A stretch of DNA of 29,192 nt from Gemmatimonadaceae bacterium (lineage in GTDB: Bacteria; Gemmatimonadota; Gemmatimonadetes; Gemmatimonadales; Gemmatimonadaceae), in NCBI GenBank assembly GCA_033763905.1, contig JANRJP010000140.1, positions 1-29,192 of the forward strand, in the 5' to 3' direction. Below the pieces are notes generated by a model that was not told where the DNA came from, made no database searches, and was given only the letters and a program-made list of their open reading frames with translations. A program made the translations under genes and the position numbers. Positions 17,101 through 27,100 of this stretch are shown here, in pieces. The first letter of the stretch is position 1. Each line of letters begins with the position of its first letter.

Positions 17101-17244
17101 GAGCGTGGCGGCAATGGTGTAGTCGGCGCGCTGCTGCCAGTACGTCGGTGCCGGTTTCGGCGCCGCCACTGACTGGGCGAACGCACAAACGGCCGCCCAA
17201 TGGGCGGCCGTCAGTGCCAGCACCGTGGTGCGAGCAGCGCTCAC
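14101..17244 (-). CDS. Secreted M1-family Zn-aminopeptidase with C-terminal Omp85-like beta-barrel
   Basis: Signal peptide, YWQQRADY, AQWYPK, GGTEFP (GAMEN-like), HELGH-x18-E (WLDEG), IYGRG; C-terminus with GGAGVRGY, SAGLAL, PLRVRVDVP and terminal FSFTDLW. GTG overlaps the atpH stop. Confidence 0.88.
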   Translation of the reverse strand: MSAARTTVLALTAAHWAAVCAFAQSVAAPKPAPTYWQQRADYTIAATLDESRQVLSARGTLHYVNNSPDTLRELRVHQYLNAFRPGSRWSAVDAREGRRRFGHLGADDIGYERFTDAPRVNGRALTLRYPLAPDSTVAVMALDAPLAPGDSIDVALAWDARPSTTPRRQGRRDRHWDLAQWYPKVAVYDASGWQDRPLTPAGEFYGEFGSFDVTLVVRDDQVLGATGVPVEGDPGWTKHPKSTPAPVLAREAYAVTSAGPAVQVPAGYKRVRWVARDVHHFAWSTSPDYVHEGRAWVRRTKPDRALPFVPFDTVAIHVLWRTGDEAEWGRGVAVERTAKALEWLEQLYGAYPYPQVTNLHRLDGGGTEFPMVIMDGSADYGLILHELGHIYTYGILANNEWRDGWLDEGLTSFQESWAQDLLPQEQAGRPAPESPTHWYRALATQPNPLRQLDAEQVRLDLLGQAEPLSTEAANYRDFGVYGQMIYGRGERLYRALRDVMGESAFKEMWRAYYARWAFKHVTEAALRTEAERACGCDLGWFFSQWIRRTGLVDYALGRVTYEPVAGGVRTSFSVRREGEYVHTPSVGVRTSLGWQFVRVPVDTSRAWIPLSITTPERPIEVRLDPWGTSGDWNPANDTPRRWYGHAPSRATNRDVLDWPFLEQWTPDARVTAWSVLPWYTTPGGASAAVRARFRTGELANLHDVGMGLTARVPGTAADARAVRGTRFPFWWTWRNPTFGRHGRPVVGLSMELWDIDGLARAALRQRWDRSDFVFANGTTRVYELSADWTAPNGSAWLSDGRWSGRSSAELQWRSLVRPRALRSGGTTWTRERRAALALGYAQRGYARAELAQTLRGATRGEAWYVALRGWGGAVSSGAPIERQWLVSSASAAETFAQHWWRGSGAPLSRRGVTYVPLGGAGVRGYAPGISLGTALLAVSGNAEVGRRLVTLDVGREPTRVFAALWTDGVVSPSRWFSPIVADAPRAPSRRASAGLALVARGALLDEPLRVRVDVPLYVSDAASSIGPSRWTTQSTRFRVTFSFTDLW

Positions 17245-17789
17245 CGCGCCGTCCCGAGCATTCGGCTGCGCAGCGACTGCATCCGCTTGCGCACCGAGCC
17301 GTCCATCACCTTGTCGCCGACGCGCACGACCACGCCGCCAATGAGCTCGGCGTCGACGAGCACGTGCGGCACCACCGTGGCACCAAAGGCCTTCGACAGC
17401 GCAGCGGCCAGCGACTCGGTGCCGGCGGCATCGAGCGGACGCGCGACGGTGACCGACGCGTGCACGCGGCCCGCAGCGGCATCGAGAATCGCCCGATACT
17501 CGGTGGCGATCTGCGCGATGGCCGTCTGTCGGCGCTTGGTGATGAGCATCTCGAGAAACTTGACGAACGGCGCCGGGAGCTGCGACGCAAACGCGCGACG
17601 GATCGCGGCGCGCTTCTGTTCGCCGGCGATCTTGGGCGATTCGAGGAAGCGGCGCATCGTGACGTCGGTCGACACCGCCTGCGCGACGGCTTCGATCAGC
17701 GTGCCCCAGCCTGCGGCGTCCCCCGCCTTTTGCGCGAGGCTGTGCAGCACCTCGGCGTAGTTGCGGGCCACCGTCGTGGATTCCAACAT
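17241..17789 (-). CDS. atpH: ATP synthase subunit delta
   Basis: VARNYAEVL, FLESPKI, FLEMLITKRR, VDAELIGGVVVRVGDKVMDGSVRKRM; follows atpF. Start is ATG 17789 or GTG 17792. Confidence 0.96.
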   Translation of the reverse strand: MLESTTVARNYAEVLHSLAQKAGDAAGWGTLIEAVAQAVSTDVTMRRFLESPKIAGEQKRAAIRRAFASQLPAPFVKFLEMLITKRRQTAIAQIATEYRAILDAAAGRVHASVTVARPLDAAGTESLAAALSKAFGATVVPHVLVDAELIGGVVVRVGDKVMDGSVRKRMQSLRSRMLGTAR

Positions 17790-18364
17790 CACTTGCTCCG
17801 GTTGGAGGAGCCGACGGTGCTCAGGAAGGACTCGACCAGCGCGCGGTTGGCGGCGTCATCGAGGTTCTTCTCGATCACCTTGCCCGCGCCCAGGAGGGCC
17901 AGATCGACCGCTTCGCGGCGGAGGTCCTGAATGGCGAGGGTCTTCTCGTTCTCGATGTCGCGCTTGGCGCGCTCGAGCATCGCGGCCTGTTCGGCCTTGG
18001 CCTGCTCGATGAGATCGGCGCGGAACTTGTCGGCGGCGGCGCGGCCCTGCGCAATGAGCGACTGCGCTTCGGTGCGGGCACCGGCCAACTGCGCTTCGAT
18101 TTCGGCGAGCTTGGCGGCGGCCGCTTCGCGGTCGGCCTTGGCCGACGCGATGGCATCACGCAGCGCCTGTTCGCGCGCTTCGACAGCGCCGAGCAAGGCG
18201 GGGAGCGCGAACTTCCAGAGCACGCCGAGGAAGATCACGAAGATGAGCAGGGTCCACGCCATCAGCCCGCCGTTGGGCGAGAGCAGATTGGTGTTCCCGC
18301 CTTCGCTGGCCGAGGCCACGGCAGGGGCAAGGAGCGACAGAGCGGCGACAGTCAGGGAGCGCAT
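17789..18364 (-). CDS. atpF: ATP synthase F0 subunit b
   Basis: PNGGLMAWTLLIFVIFLGVLWKFA TM followed by an Ala/Glu coiled coil and AGKVIEKNLD; operon position. Confidence 0.95.
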   Translation of the reverse strand: MRSLTVAALSLLAPAVASASEGGNTNLLSPNGGLMAWTLLIFVIFLGVLWKFALPALLGAVEAREQALRDAIASAKADREAAAAKLAEIEAQLAGARTEAQSLIAQGRAAADKFRADLIEQAKAEQAAMLERAKRDIENEKTLAIQDLRREAVDLALLGAGKVIEKNLDDAANRALVESFLSTVGSSNRSK

Positions 18365-18406
18365 TCGAAGAACCCGCAACGGGGAGAAAAGACAGAAGGA
18401 CCAACT

Positions 18407-18436
18407 GCGTGGCGTCGGCCCGGGCCAACGCCACGC
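18407..18436 (-). other. Stable stem-loop in the atpE-atpF intergenic mRNA
   Basis: Minus strand GCGUGGCGUUGGCC..GGCCGACGCCACGC pairs fully with one G-U. Confidence 0.6.
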
Positions 18437-18444
18437 CGAGGACA

Positions 18445-18717
18445 TCAGAACTTGCCCTGGATCTGGAAGCCGACGACGATCGCGAAGAGACCGGCGCCTT
18501 CGATGAAGGCGGCGAGAATCAGCGCAGCCGTCTGGATGCGGCCGGCAGCTTCGGGCTGACGGGCCATCCCTTCGACGGCCTGGCCACCGATGCGGCCGAT
18601 GCCGAGGCCGAGGCCCAGGAGGGCGAGGCCGGAACCAATGGCGGCGCCCATCAGGGCGAGACCACCACCCGTCGAGGCCTTGAGTTCGGCCGCAGCCTGG
18701 AGAAGCGGGAAGATCAT
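18445..18717 (-). CDS. atpE: ATP synthase F0 subunit c (H+-type motif)
   Basis: GLGLGIGRIGG, MARQPE loop, AAFIEG carboxylate; the residue after Glu is Gly, not Ser/Thr, so the Na+ signature is absent. Start set at ATG 18717. Confidence 0.97.
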   Translation of the reverse strand: MIFPLLQAAAELKASTGGGLALMGAAIGSGLALLGLGLGIGRIGGQAVEGMARQPEAAGRIQTAALILAAFIEGAGLFAIVVGFQIQGKF

Positions 18718-18839
18718 TGGAAAAACTCCACAGAGAAGAATTTTGAACCTGCAGCGCGCGTCAGATCCGAGGATCTGCAACCCGTCAGCGTGCCCCGGGG
18801 CACAACGGGCATCGTGGCTCCACTCGGTGCCACTACAGT

Positions 18840-18869
18840 CCGTCGCCGACCGCGCGGGGTCGGCGACGG
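18840..18869. other. Perfect 12-bp stem-loop in the atpB-atpE intergenic region
   Basis: CCGTCGCCGACC (18840-18851) N6 GGTCGGCGACGG (18858-18869). Confidence 0.65.
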
Positions 18870-18879
18870 TCGTACCGTC

Positions 18880-19833
18880 CTAGTGGTGCGCTTCGCGCAC
18901 CTGCCCAATGAAGACCGACGCCAGCATCGTGAAGATGAATGCCTGGAGGAAGGCCACCATCAGTTCGAGCAGATTGATCGCCACCGCCATCAGCACCGGC
19001 GCACCGGCAATGGCGTAGGAGCCGAACGAGAAGATGAGTCCGATCAGCGCCAGAATGACGATGTGGCCGGCGGTCATATTCGCGAAGAGACGAATGGCCA
19101 GCGCGAAGGGCTTGGTGAGCTTGCCGATCATTTCGATCGGGCTGACGATGATCGCGAGCGGCACGCGCAGTGGCAGCGACAGCTCGGTGTTCCAGTAGAT
19201 GATCGTGTTCAGGTAGCCGAAGCCGTTGGCGACGATGCCCGAGATCTCGATGACGAGGAACGTGAGAATCGCGAGCGTGGCGGTGACCGCGATGTTGCCG
19301 GTGGCGGTGGCGGCGTAGGGGATCATTCCGAGCAGGTTGGCGCCCAGAATGAAGAAGAACACGCCCAGGAGATACGGCACGAAGGCTTCGCCGTGGTGAC
19401 CGACGTTGGGCAGAATGACTTCGTTGCGCAGATAGACGACGACGGCTTCGATGGCGCCGGCAAAGCCCTTGCTGTGGCCGTGCTCGCTCGTCTGCCGGCG
19501 CGCCGCGCGGGCGGCGAGCACCAGGATGAGCGCCATAATGGTGGCGGCGAGCGCCAGCATCACGGTGTGCTTGGTCGGCCAGAGGTTGCCGCTGAGCGTG
19601 AAGAGGCCGAAGTCGATATGGAAGTCGTCGATCGGCGACACGCAGCCGTGCTCGCCGACGTGCTTGCCCAGGCAGATTTCCGTGGCAAACGGCGGGGTGA
19701 GCGTCGGCACCTCCAGCATATAGCTGTCGGTGATGTGATGCGTGATGAAATCGCCGCCGGCGGCTTCTTGCGCGGCGACGGAAGCGAACGGAAGCACGGC
19801 GAGAGCCGCGGCAAGGAAAAGTCGGCGCATCAC
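18880..19833 (-). CDS. atpB: ATP synthase F0 subunit a
   Basis: HHITDS, TKH, NLLGMIP, TATGNIAVTATLA, KPFALAIRLFANMTAGH, LELMVAFLQAFIFTML; signal-like N-terminal extension. Confidence 0.97.
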   Translation of the reverse strand: MMRRLFLAAALAVLPFASVAAQEAAGGDFITHHITDSYMLEVPTLTPPFATEICLGKHVGEHGCVSPIDDFHIDFGLFTLSGNLWPTKHTVMLALAATIMALILVLAARAARRQTSEHGHSKGFAGAIEAVVVYLRNEVILPNVGHHGEAFVPYLLGVFFFILGANLLGMIPYAATATGNIAVTATLAILTFLVIEISGIVANGFGYLNTIIYWNTELSLPLRVPLAIIVSPIEMIGKLTKPFALAIRLFANMTAGHIVILALIGLIFSFGSYAIAGAPVLMAVAINLLELMVAFLQAFIFTMLASVFIGQVREAHH

Positions 19834-20177
19834 GTCTGCTGGAGCAGCAAAGGTTCGACGAGTTCAGTCAGAAAGAGCGACGTCGCCAGGGCGAGCATCG
19901 GTCCGTCGGTGGGCAGTCCGGCGGCGCGCAGGGCGAGCCCGGTGCCAATGAGCGCGACGGCACAGGCCAGCGCGCCCACGCCCCATCCGGCGAGGAAGTT
20001 CGTGCGGGCCATTCGGCGGGCGACGCCAAACATTGCCGGCTGCAGCACCACCGCCACGAGCGCCCCGACCGCAATACCGGTACGGGCCGCCGACGACGCG
20101 TACACGAGCGCGAACAGCGCGCTCGAGATGGCGACGATGGCCACCGACAGACCGGTGTAGGACAGGAAGGGCTTCAC
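19830..20177 (-). CDS. AtpI-like four-TM membrane protein
   Basis: 115 aa, about 4 hydrophobic helices, coupled directly upstream of atpB; call is positional. Confidence 0.65.
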   Translation of the reverse strand: MKPFLSYTGLSVAIVAISSALFALVYASSAARTGIAVGALVAVVLQPAMFGVARRMARTNFLAGWGVGALACAVALIGTGLALRAAGLPTDGPMLALATSLFLTELVEPLLLQQT

Positions 20178-20201
20178 GGAGAACGGCGTACGGCGGTGGC
20201 G

Positions 20202-20519
20202 TTACTTCGAGGGAGGATCGCGCGGCTTCGGTGGAGACTGGGCGGCCATCAGCCGCCGGTACAACGAGTAGAACGACCCGCCAGCTCCAAGGACGAGTCC
20301 GACGAGCAAGAACAGCGGGTCGGTGCCGAGCTTGCGATCGGCCCATTGCCCGAGGTACACGAAGAGCACCACCGAGGCGGCGAACTGCAACCCGCTTCCG
20401 GCAGCGGCGATTCCGAGTCGGCGTTGTTCCTCGTCGGCATCGCTGGACTGACGCCCGGGCTTGGGCGGCGGGTCCCCGTTGGGCTGGGGAGGGGGCGCCG
20501 CTGGAGGCGTTTCGGGCAT
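20202..20519 (-). CDS. AtpZ/AtpI-family (ATPase gene 1) protein
   Basis: GLQFAASVVLFVYLGQWADRKLGTDPLFLLVGLVLG matches the G..lD..lgt.P two-TM pattern; first gene of the atp cluster. Confidence 0.85.
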   Translation of the reverse strand: MPETPPAAPPPQPNGDPPPKPGRQSSDADEEQRRLGIAAAGSGLQFAASVVLFVYLGQWADRKLGTDPLFLLVGLVLGAGGSFYSLYRRLMAAQSPPKPRDPPSK

Positions 20520-20703
20520 AGCCACGAAAAGGTAGCGGGGCCGAGGGGGCGATTCAACGCCTTGGCACGCCGACCGGCCATTGGCGCGGCGTGGGATCGT
20601 TGCCGAGTCGAGCCACCACGGTAATGGCGAAATCGGTCGGTCGGCGCACGATTAGGGGTCCGGCCGCGAGACGGACTTGCGGTCGCAACCGCGGAGGCTT
20701 GCG

Positions 20704-21102
20704 ATGTGGCATCGGCGACCGATTCTGATTTTCCTGGCAATGTTGGCGTGGGCCTGTGTGGGGACGACGCGCGGGGGCTCGGCCGACAGCCAGGCGGCGT
20801 CCGCCACCACTGCCGCCACCTCGGGCGTGCGCTTCGCGGCCGGCGCGTCGCCGGTGTATCCCGCCGAGCTCCGGCAGTCGGGCATTGCGGGCGAGGCGTT
20901 GGTGGAGTTCGTCGTGGACACCACGGGAATGGCAGACGTGCGAACGGCCAAGGTGCTGCGGGCGACGCACCCGGCGTTTGGCGCGGCAGTGCTCGAGGCG
21001 CTGCCGCGGATGCGATTCATCCCTGCGCAAAAAGACGGCGTGAAGGTGCCGGCGACGGTCAAGCATCCCTTCGTGTTTGCGCTCGAGCCGATGCGTCGCT
21101 GA
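20704..21102 (+). CDS. Short TonB C-terminal-domain protein
   Basis: PVYPAELRQSGIAGEALVEFVVDTTG...RMRFIPAQKDGVKV...PFVF; N-terminal hydrophobic, lipobox-like LAWAC. Confidence 0.88.
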   Translation: MWHRRPILIFLAMLAWACVGTTRGGSADSQAASATTAATSGVRFAAGASPVYPAELRQSGIAGEALVEFVVDTTGMADVRTAKVLRATHPAFGAAVLEALPRMRFIPAQKDGVKVPATVKHPFVFALEPMRR

Positions 21103-21220
21103 CCGTCGGTGGCCGTTCGGGGTCCGTTCGGTGGTCTGACACGGGGCACGGACCGGTCGATTTAACCGCTTGCCGCAATTGCGCTTACCCCCTGTGATCT
21201 CTATTGCGGGTTGACGCCCC

Positions 21221-21229
21221 TGTGGATAA
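21221..21229 (-). promoter_or_regulatory. Single consensus DnaA box (TTATCCACA on minus strand)
   Basis: TGTGGATAA at 21221-21229 in the tonB-like/BsuPI intergenic region; only one copy seen. Confidence 0.35.
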
Positions 21230-21333
21230 GTTCTGGCGTCGCTCGTTGGTCCCATAATCAAGGAAGCGACAGGCGATGCCACTTTTGCGGCGTGGGGGCG
21301 CTGCGAATCAGGGCATCTGGTGCCGAGTCACCG

Positions 21334-21816
21334 ATGGTCTCGCGCGTGTTGGCAGTGATGTGTGCAGTGGCGGGGGTCGCGTACGCCTTCGGGCCGCGAT
21401 CGCCTTCCGGCGACGCGGCCGGTGCCACCAAAGCCAGCGTGATCGCCGCGCAGCAGCGCATCGTCGCCGCCGGCGGCCCTGCGGTGCAGGGCGAACTCAG
21501 CGTCAGCGCCGGCAAACCCGCACAGTACACCCTCCGCGTCACCAACCGCGGCCCCAAGGTGATCGAACTGCGCTTCGCCGACGGACAGACGCATGATTTT
21601 GCCCTGCGCGACGCGAGCGACCGCGAAGTCTGGCGCTGGAGCGCCGACCGGATGTTCACGCAAGCAATGCGCACCCGCGCCTTGGGCAGCAACGAACAAG
21701 TGGACTTCAGCGAAACCGGCGCCCCTAACGTCGCGGCCGGCACCTACACGCTCGTGGCCACGCTGCGATCGACCAACCACCCCATCGAACTTCGCCAAGC
21801 GATTTCGGTGCCGTGA
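21334..21816 (+). CDS. Exported BsuPI-domain (proteinase-inhibitor-like Ig fold) protein
   Basis: LRVTNRGPKVIELRFADGQTHDFALRDASDREVWRWSADRMFTQA, the typical BsuPI pattern; N-terminal signal; ATG 21334. Confidence 0.85.
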   Translation: MVSRVLAVMCAVAGVAYAFGPRSPSGDAAGATKASVIAAQQRIVAAGGPAVQGELSVSAGKPAQYTLRVTNRGPKVIELRFADGQTHDFALRDASDREVWRWSADRMFTQAMRTRALGSNEQVDFSETGAPNVAAGTYTLVATLRSTNHPIELRQAISVP

Positions 21817-21848
21817 CGCCGAGGCGGCTGGCGAGGTAGTATTTGCAT

Positions 21849-23000
21849 ATGCCGCCCATTCATCGACTTCTCCTGGCCGCGGCCCTGGTGGGCTGCGCCA
21901 CTGGCGATCGCCCGGTCGCCCCCACGTCTGAGCCGCTCTCTCCCGACGCGGCCGCCGCCATCCTCCGCGGCCTGGCCGACTCGGCGGCCGTCGCCGGCGA
22001 TGCCAGCGGGTCCTCGGCGTACGTCGATGCCGCCGGCGTCGTAGCCAGCGGCGTGGCACCGGCCGAAGTCACCGTGACCGACAACGGCGTGGCGTCGAGC
22101 TATCGCGTGGTGGCGCGCCGAGGACCGACGACGAGCGTGATTGCGTGGAGCGCGCAGCGCCCGATGCGGCTCGTGATGCTGCACTTCCCCAGCGACTCGG
22201 CGGCGTTTGGCGCGGCCAGCGCGAGCCGCGGGATGTTCACGGTGGAGCCCACGCCCGCGGCCAGCGCCACAAGCGTCGCGGCGCGATTGCCGGCGCTGGT
22301 GCATTTGGCGCTGTCGGGCTCGGCAGCGCTGACCGGCAGTGATACCGGTGTGGCCTGCGGGACGGCAGCGGCTGGTACGACCGCCCTGCCCCCGGGCGTG
22401 ACGAGCTGCCGCGTGACGCAGCAGCGGTTGGCGCTCAACGCGACGTTCGTGCCGATGGGCCCGCCCAGCGGCGCCTCGGCGCTGGCGCGCACGCTGGTGA
22501 TAGCCGGCACCACGGTGCCGGTGACGGCCTACACCGTGGACACGACGCGTCCGCCGGTGCCGCCGACGCCCAGCCCCACCCCGACGCCTCGGCCCCCCGT
22601 GCCGCCGTCGCCACCGGTGCCGCCCACGCCGAGCCCGGTGCCGCCGCCGATGCCGGTGGTGCCGCTGGTGGCGCGCCTGACGGTGCCGTTTGTGTCGGCG
22701 GATTCGGTGGTGTTTGCACTGACGTGGTCGAACACCTCGCGCGACACGGTGCGCTTGGGCTTTGGGAGCTCGCAGCGCTTTGACCTCGAGGCGGTGGGCG
22801 TGGCGGGCCGTCTGTGGCAGTGGAGCGCGACGCGCGCGTTTGCGGCGATGCTGAGCAACGAAGTGATTCCGCCGGGCGGGTCGCTGAGTTACGTGGCCAC
22901 CTGGCCGCGCCCGACGCGCGGCCCTGCGGTGGTGCGGGCGTGGTCGGTGAACACGTCGGGTCCTCGCGCGGCGGCGTCGGTGCCGGTGACGATCCCGTGA
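21849..23000 (+). CDS. Lipoprotein with Pro/Thr-rich linker and C-terminal BsuPI domain
   Basis: Lipobox ALVGC; PPVPPTPSPTP repeats at about 22550-22660; C-terminal WSNTSRDTVRLGFGSSQRFDL..LWQWSATRAFAAM. Confidence 0.8.
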   Translation: MPPIHRLLLAAALVGCATGDRPVAPTSEPLSPDAAAAILRGLADSAAVAGDASGSSAYVDAAGVVASGVAPAEVTVTDNGVASSYRVVARRGPTTSVIAWSAQRPMRLVMLHFPSDSAAFGAASASRGMFTVEPTPAASATSVAARLPALVHLALSGSAALTGSDTGVACGTAAAGTTALPPGVTSCRVTQQRLALNATFVPMGPPSGASALARTLVIAGTTVPVTAYTVDTTRPPVPPTPSPTPTPRPPVPPSPPVPPTPSPVPPPMPVVPLVARLTVPFVSADSVVFALTWSNTSRDTVRLGFGSSQRFDLEAVGVAGRLWQWSATRAFAAMLSNEVIPPGGSLSYVATWPRPTRGPAVVRAWSVNTSGPRAAASVPVTIP

Positions 23001-23032
23001 CGCGGGGATTGGCGCGGGGATAGCTTGTATGA

Positions 23033-24043
<1,011 letters not shown>

Positions 24044-24104
24044 GCTAGCTCGCCTCGGGAACGGAATGACGCTCCAGTGACGCCTCGCAACTCTTTCTCG
24101 GGCT

Positions 24105-27100
24105 ATGCTTGGCTCAGATCACCCAACCGATGCTCAGCTGTCGCCCCCACGAGTTTCACTTCGGGCCCTTGGTGATGCTCGGATAGCGATCGGCGATTCA
24201 ACGGTTTACCCAGACAACGAGCGTCTTTTCGCGCTCGCTCTCATTCTGACTCTCTCGGCCGGCAAGGTCCTCAAGCGTGACTGGCTTGCGGAGACTCTCT
24301 GGCCGGAAGAATCGGCTTCGTCCGCGCGGAAGCACTCGCTTCGGCAGCTGGTGTATCGTTTTCGGCAGCTAGGTGGACCGGTCGAATCTTCGTCCGGCAC
24401 GATTTGCCTCGCGGCTTGCCACGTCAATGTGGACGTTGTTCCGCCTGAGCCAGCGGCACTGGCGGCCTCATCCCCGGCTGAGATACTGCGACTTAGCGGG
24501 CGGATTCTCCCCGGATTTGACCCCCTGTGGTCAAGACCACTCCAAGAGTGGGTCGAAGCTACAAGAGAGATGTGCGCCGCGAGAATTCGTACTGCTCTTG
24601 TGAGGGCACTCGAAATCGTGCGGGAAACAACTAAGTGGGACGCCATGCACGCACTTTCTACGAGTGTTCTGGCGCACGACCCGCTCAACGAGGAGGCGAC
24701 AGTTGCACTCGCCGAATCGCTTTCTATGAGCGGCAGCAGAGCCGAGGCGATTCAAGTTCTGGAGAGATACGAAAAAGAGATTGGCGCGGAATCCGCGCGA
24801 TTCTCCAGAAGCATACGTGGCAAGAAGCGTCGGATGGAATCGAGCGTTCATCGTGTCTGCGCGGGACAAGACGGCGCTCCGTTCGTCGGACGGGAATTCG
24901 AACTTAGGTACATGGCTGTCGTCGCCCAGCGCGTCCGGGACGGAAGGGGTGCTGCTCTGGCGCTTTGGGGAGAATATGGTGTGGGAAAAAGCCGCCTGCT
25001 ACGCGAGGTGGCGTCCTATGCGTATTCGGACGGATTCACCGTTCAGCTGATTTCCGCATCGCAGTCAACCGATGTGACGCCCAAAGTGCTACTGGACGAG
25101 ATAGCCTCCCAGCTTCTCACCGCTAGAGGTGCACTAGGAGCCACGCCCGACTCTCTCGAGTATCTGCAAGCCTCAACCACGGCATCGCGGGCAAATGGAG
25201 ACGGCGCAAACGGATGGAGGATTGATTCTGCCTTAATTGCGCTCGATGATCTTGTAGGTGCGGTTACCGCTGAAGGCCCGGTGCTGATAGCCATCGACGA
25301 TGTGCATCGTCTGAGCCGCGAAGCCCGAGCCGCCCTGCAGGAAGTGACGTCGCTAGTTCTAGAGCACAGAGTACTCCTCATTGCGACTTCCCTCAGCGAG
25401 GCATCCTTGGCGGAGAGCCTCCCGGACACGAGGGTTGAAGCGCGACCGCTTCTGCCGCTGGGACAGGGGGCAGCCCGAGCACTCGCCCGTAACCTTCGTA
25501 GCCAATACACTCGGCTCTACGATGCGCTGGGCGACTCCCTACTCGACGAGTGTGTGGGCCTCTCCGGTGGCGTTCCACGATTGCTGGAGACACTGATTGC
25601 CATTCTCGCCAATGGCGGCGCACTCGGCTCCCTCCCCCTGGAGGTAGACGCCATGATCCGGAGTCGAATCGTAGCCGTCGGGGACGGCCCGAGAAAGTTA
25701 CTGCAGTTGGTTGCAGTGCTTGAGGAGTACAGCACGCTGGAACGCTTGCTTCTGCTGAGCGGGCGCTCTCCGCAGGAATTAGTTGCGGAGATCGAGGCGC
25801 TCGAGCGACTCGGACTCATCCGCCACGAGGCACCGACACTGCGACTAGCGCACCGCCTACTGACTCCGATGGTACTGGAGCATCTGCCGCCAATTGCACG
25901 TCATGCCTTACACAAGTTTGCGGCTGGGACCCTGGTATCCGATGCGCGACAGCTTGATGACCTGAACTTGCTCGTCTCTTGTGCACACCATTTTGTTCAC
26001 GGCGAAGCGAGAGACGAAGCGGTGGAGCTTCTCGAGGATGCCGCGCGTCGGTTGTCCGAGGGCGGCAGACAACCTTCAGCCATCCGGTTGCTGTCCGAGG
26101 CATGCACCCGGCTCGATCTCTACGATCGTTCGCGCCCGCTGTTCAAGACGCTCATGAACCTGACGGCTAACGGCGGAGCGTATGCGGCCGGCCTCCGAGC
26201 ACTTCGGCGTCTTGATTCCCGAAACGACGCCAGCCCGTTGCAGGTGGCTGCTAGACTCGGAGCAGGCGCCTTAACGATCATCCAGAAGACGTCCGACGAG
26301 TGGCCACCGTTAGTTCGCGCTACCGAGGCGATACTAGTCAATTCTAGCGCCAGCACCGCAGAGCGCTTGGAGGCGTCCGTGCTTCTGCTTGCGCTCGCCG
26401 ACAACCTCGGCGATGCGATCTTGGCGTCGCGTTGCGAGGAAGTCATGCGCTCTGTCTCACCCTGTTCACCGGAGGATGAGCAAGTTCGGTTACGAGCAGA
26501 AGTCATCTTTCATTCATCCTTCGGTGTGCTGGCGAAAGCCGACTCCGCTGCGAAGTTGCTCCTCCGCCTCACCGACGATTGCAAAGACTTTTCTGCTCGA
26601 GCCACGGCTTCGTACTACGCCTCAACCCCTGCGATGCTACGTGGCGATTCGGCGGCCGCGCAACAACTGGTACGCGATGCTTATTATTACAGCCAGCGAG
26701 GCGGCCTTGCGACGAAGGCGATGACTATGGCACTCCGGCTCGCGGAGATATCGATCCACATCGGGGACGAAGGGGCAACCGAGGAGATGCTTGGGGCCGC
26801 GACAGCTTCACTCGCTGCTAACGAAGACGATGACAATGCTACCGCAGTTCTCGCCCTGCGACTTCGCGCGTCGATAGCGTTTGGCTGGAAGACAAAGGGC
26901 ATCAAGTATCCGGTTCCTCTCAGCAAGATCCTCAAGATGGCGTCGGTACGTCAGCGCGTTGCTCACCTAGCCGGATATGTCGAACTGCTCACCCTTTCCG
27001 GTGGCCGACAGTCTAGCGAGGCAGCAGCCCAGTTGATCTCTGACTTCCTATTGCTTATCGAGCGAGGAGGTATGGACTACCCAGCCGCCGCGATCGCGAC

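Noticed and set aside
14551..17172. 873-aa plus-strand ORF
   Set aside because: Antisense to the M1 peptidase, Arg/Ala/His-rich, no domain.
6779..17244. Omp85-like barrel of the M1 protein as the dedicated exporter of the RHS toxin
   Set aside because: Only same-strand proximity supports it; there is no TPS domain in the RHS and no recognisable POTRA domain; the M1 gene looks like core backbone while the RHS looks accessory.
18409..20160. 583-aa plus-strand ORF
   Set aside because: Antisense shadow of atpE/atpB/atpI; no recognisable motifs; expected from high-GC codon bias.
20562..20580. TGGCACG sigma54 -24 element upstream of the TonB-domain gene
   Set aside because: The -12 position reads GG rather than GC and lacks TTGC.
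22550..22660. Repetitive DNA as CRISPR/VNTR
   Set aside because: It encodes the Pro/Thr linker of the lipoprotein; no repeat-spacer structure and no cas genes.
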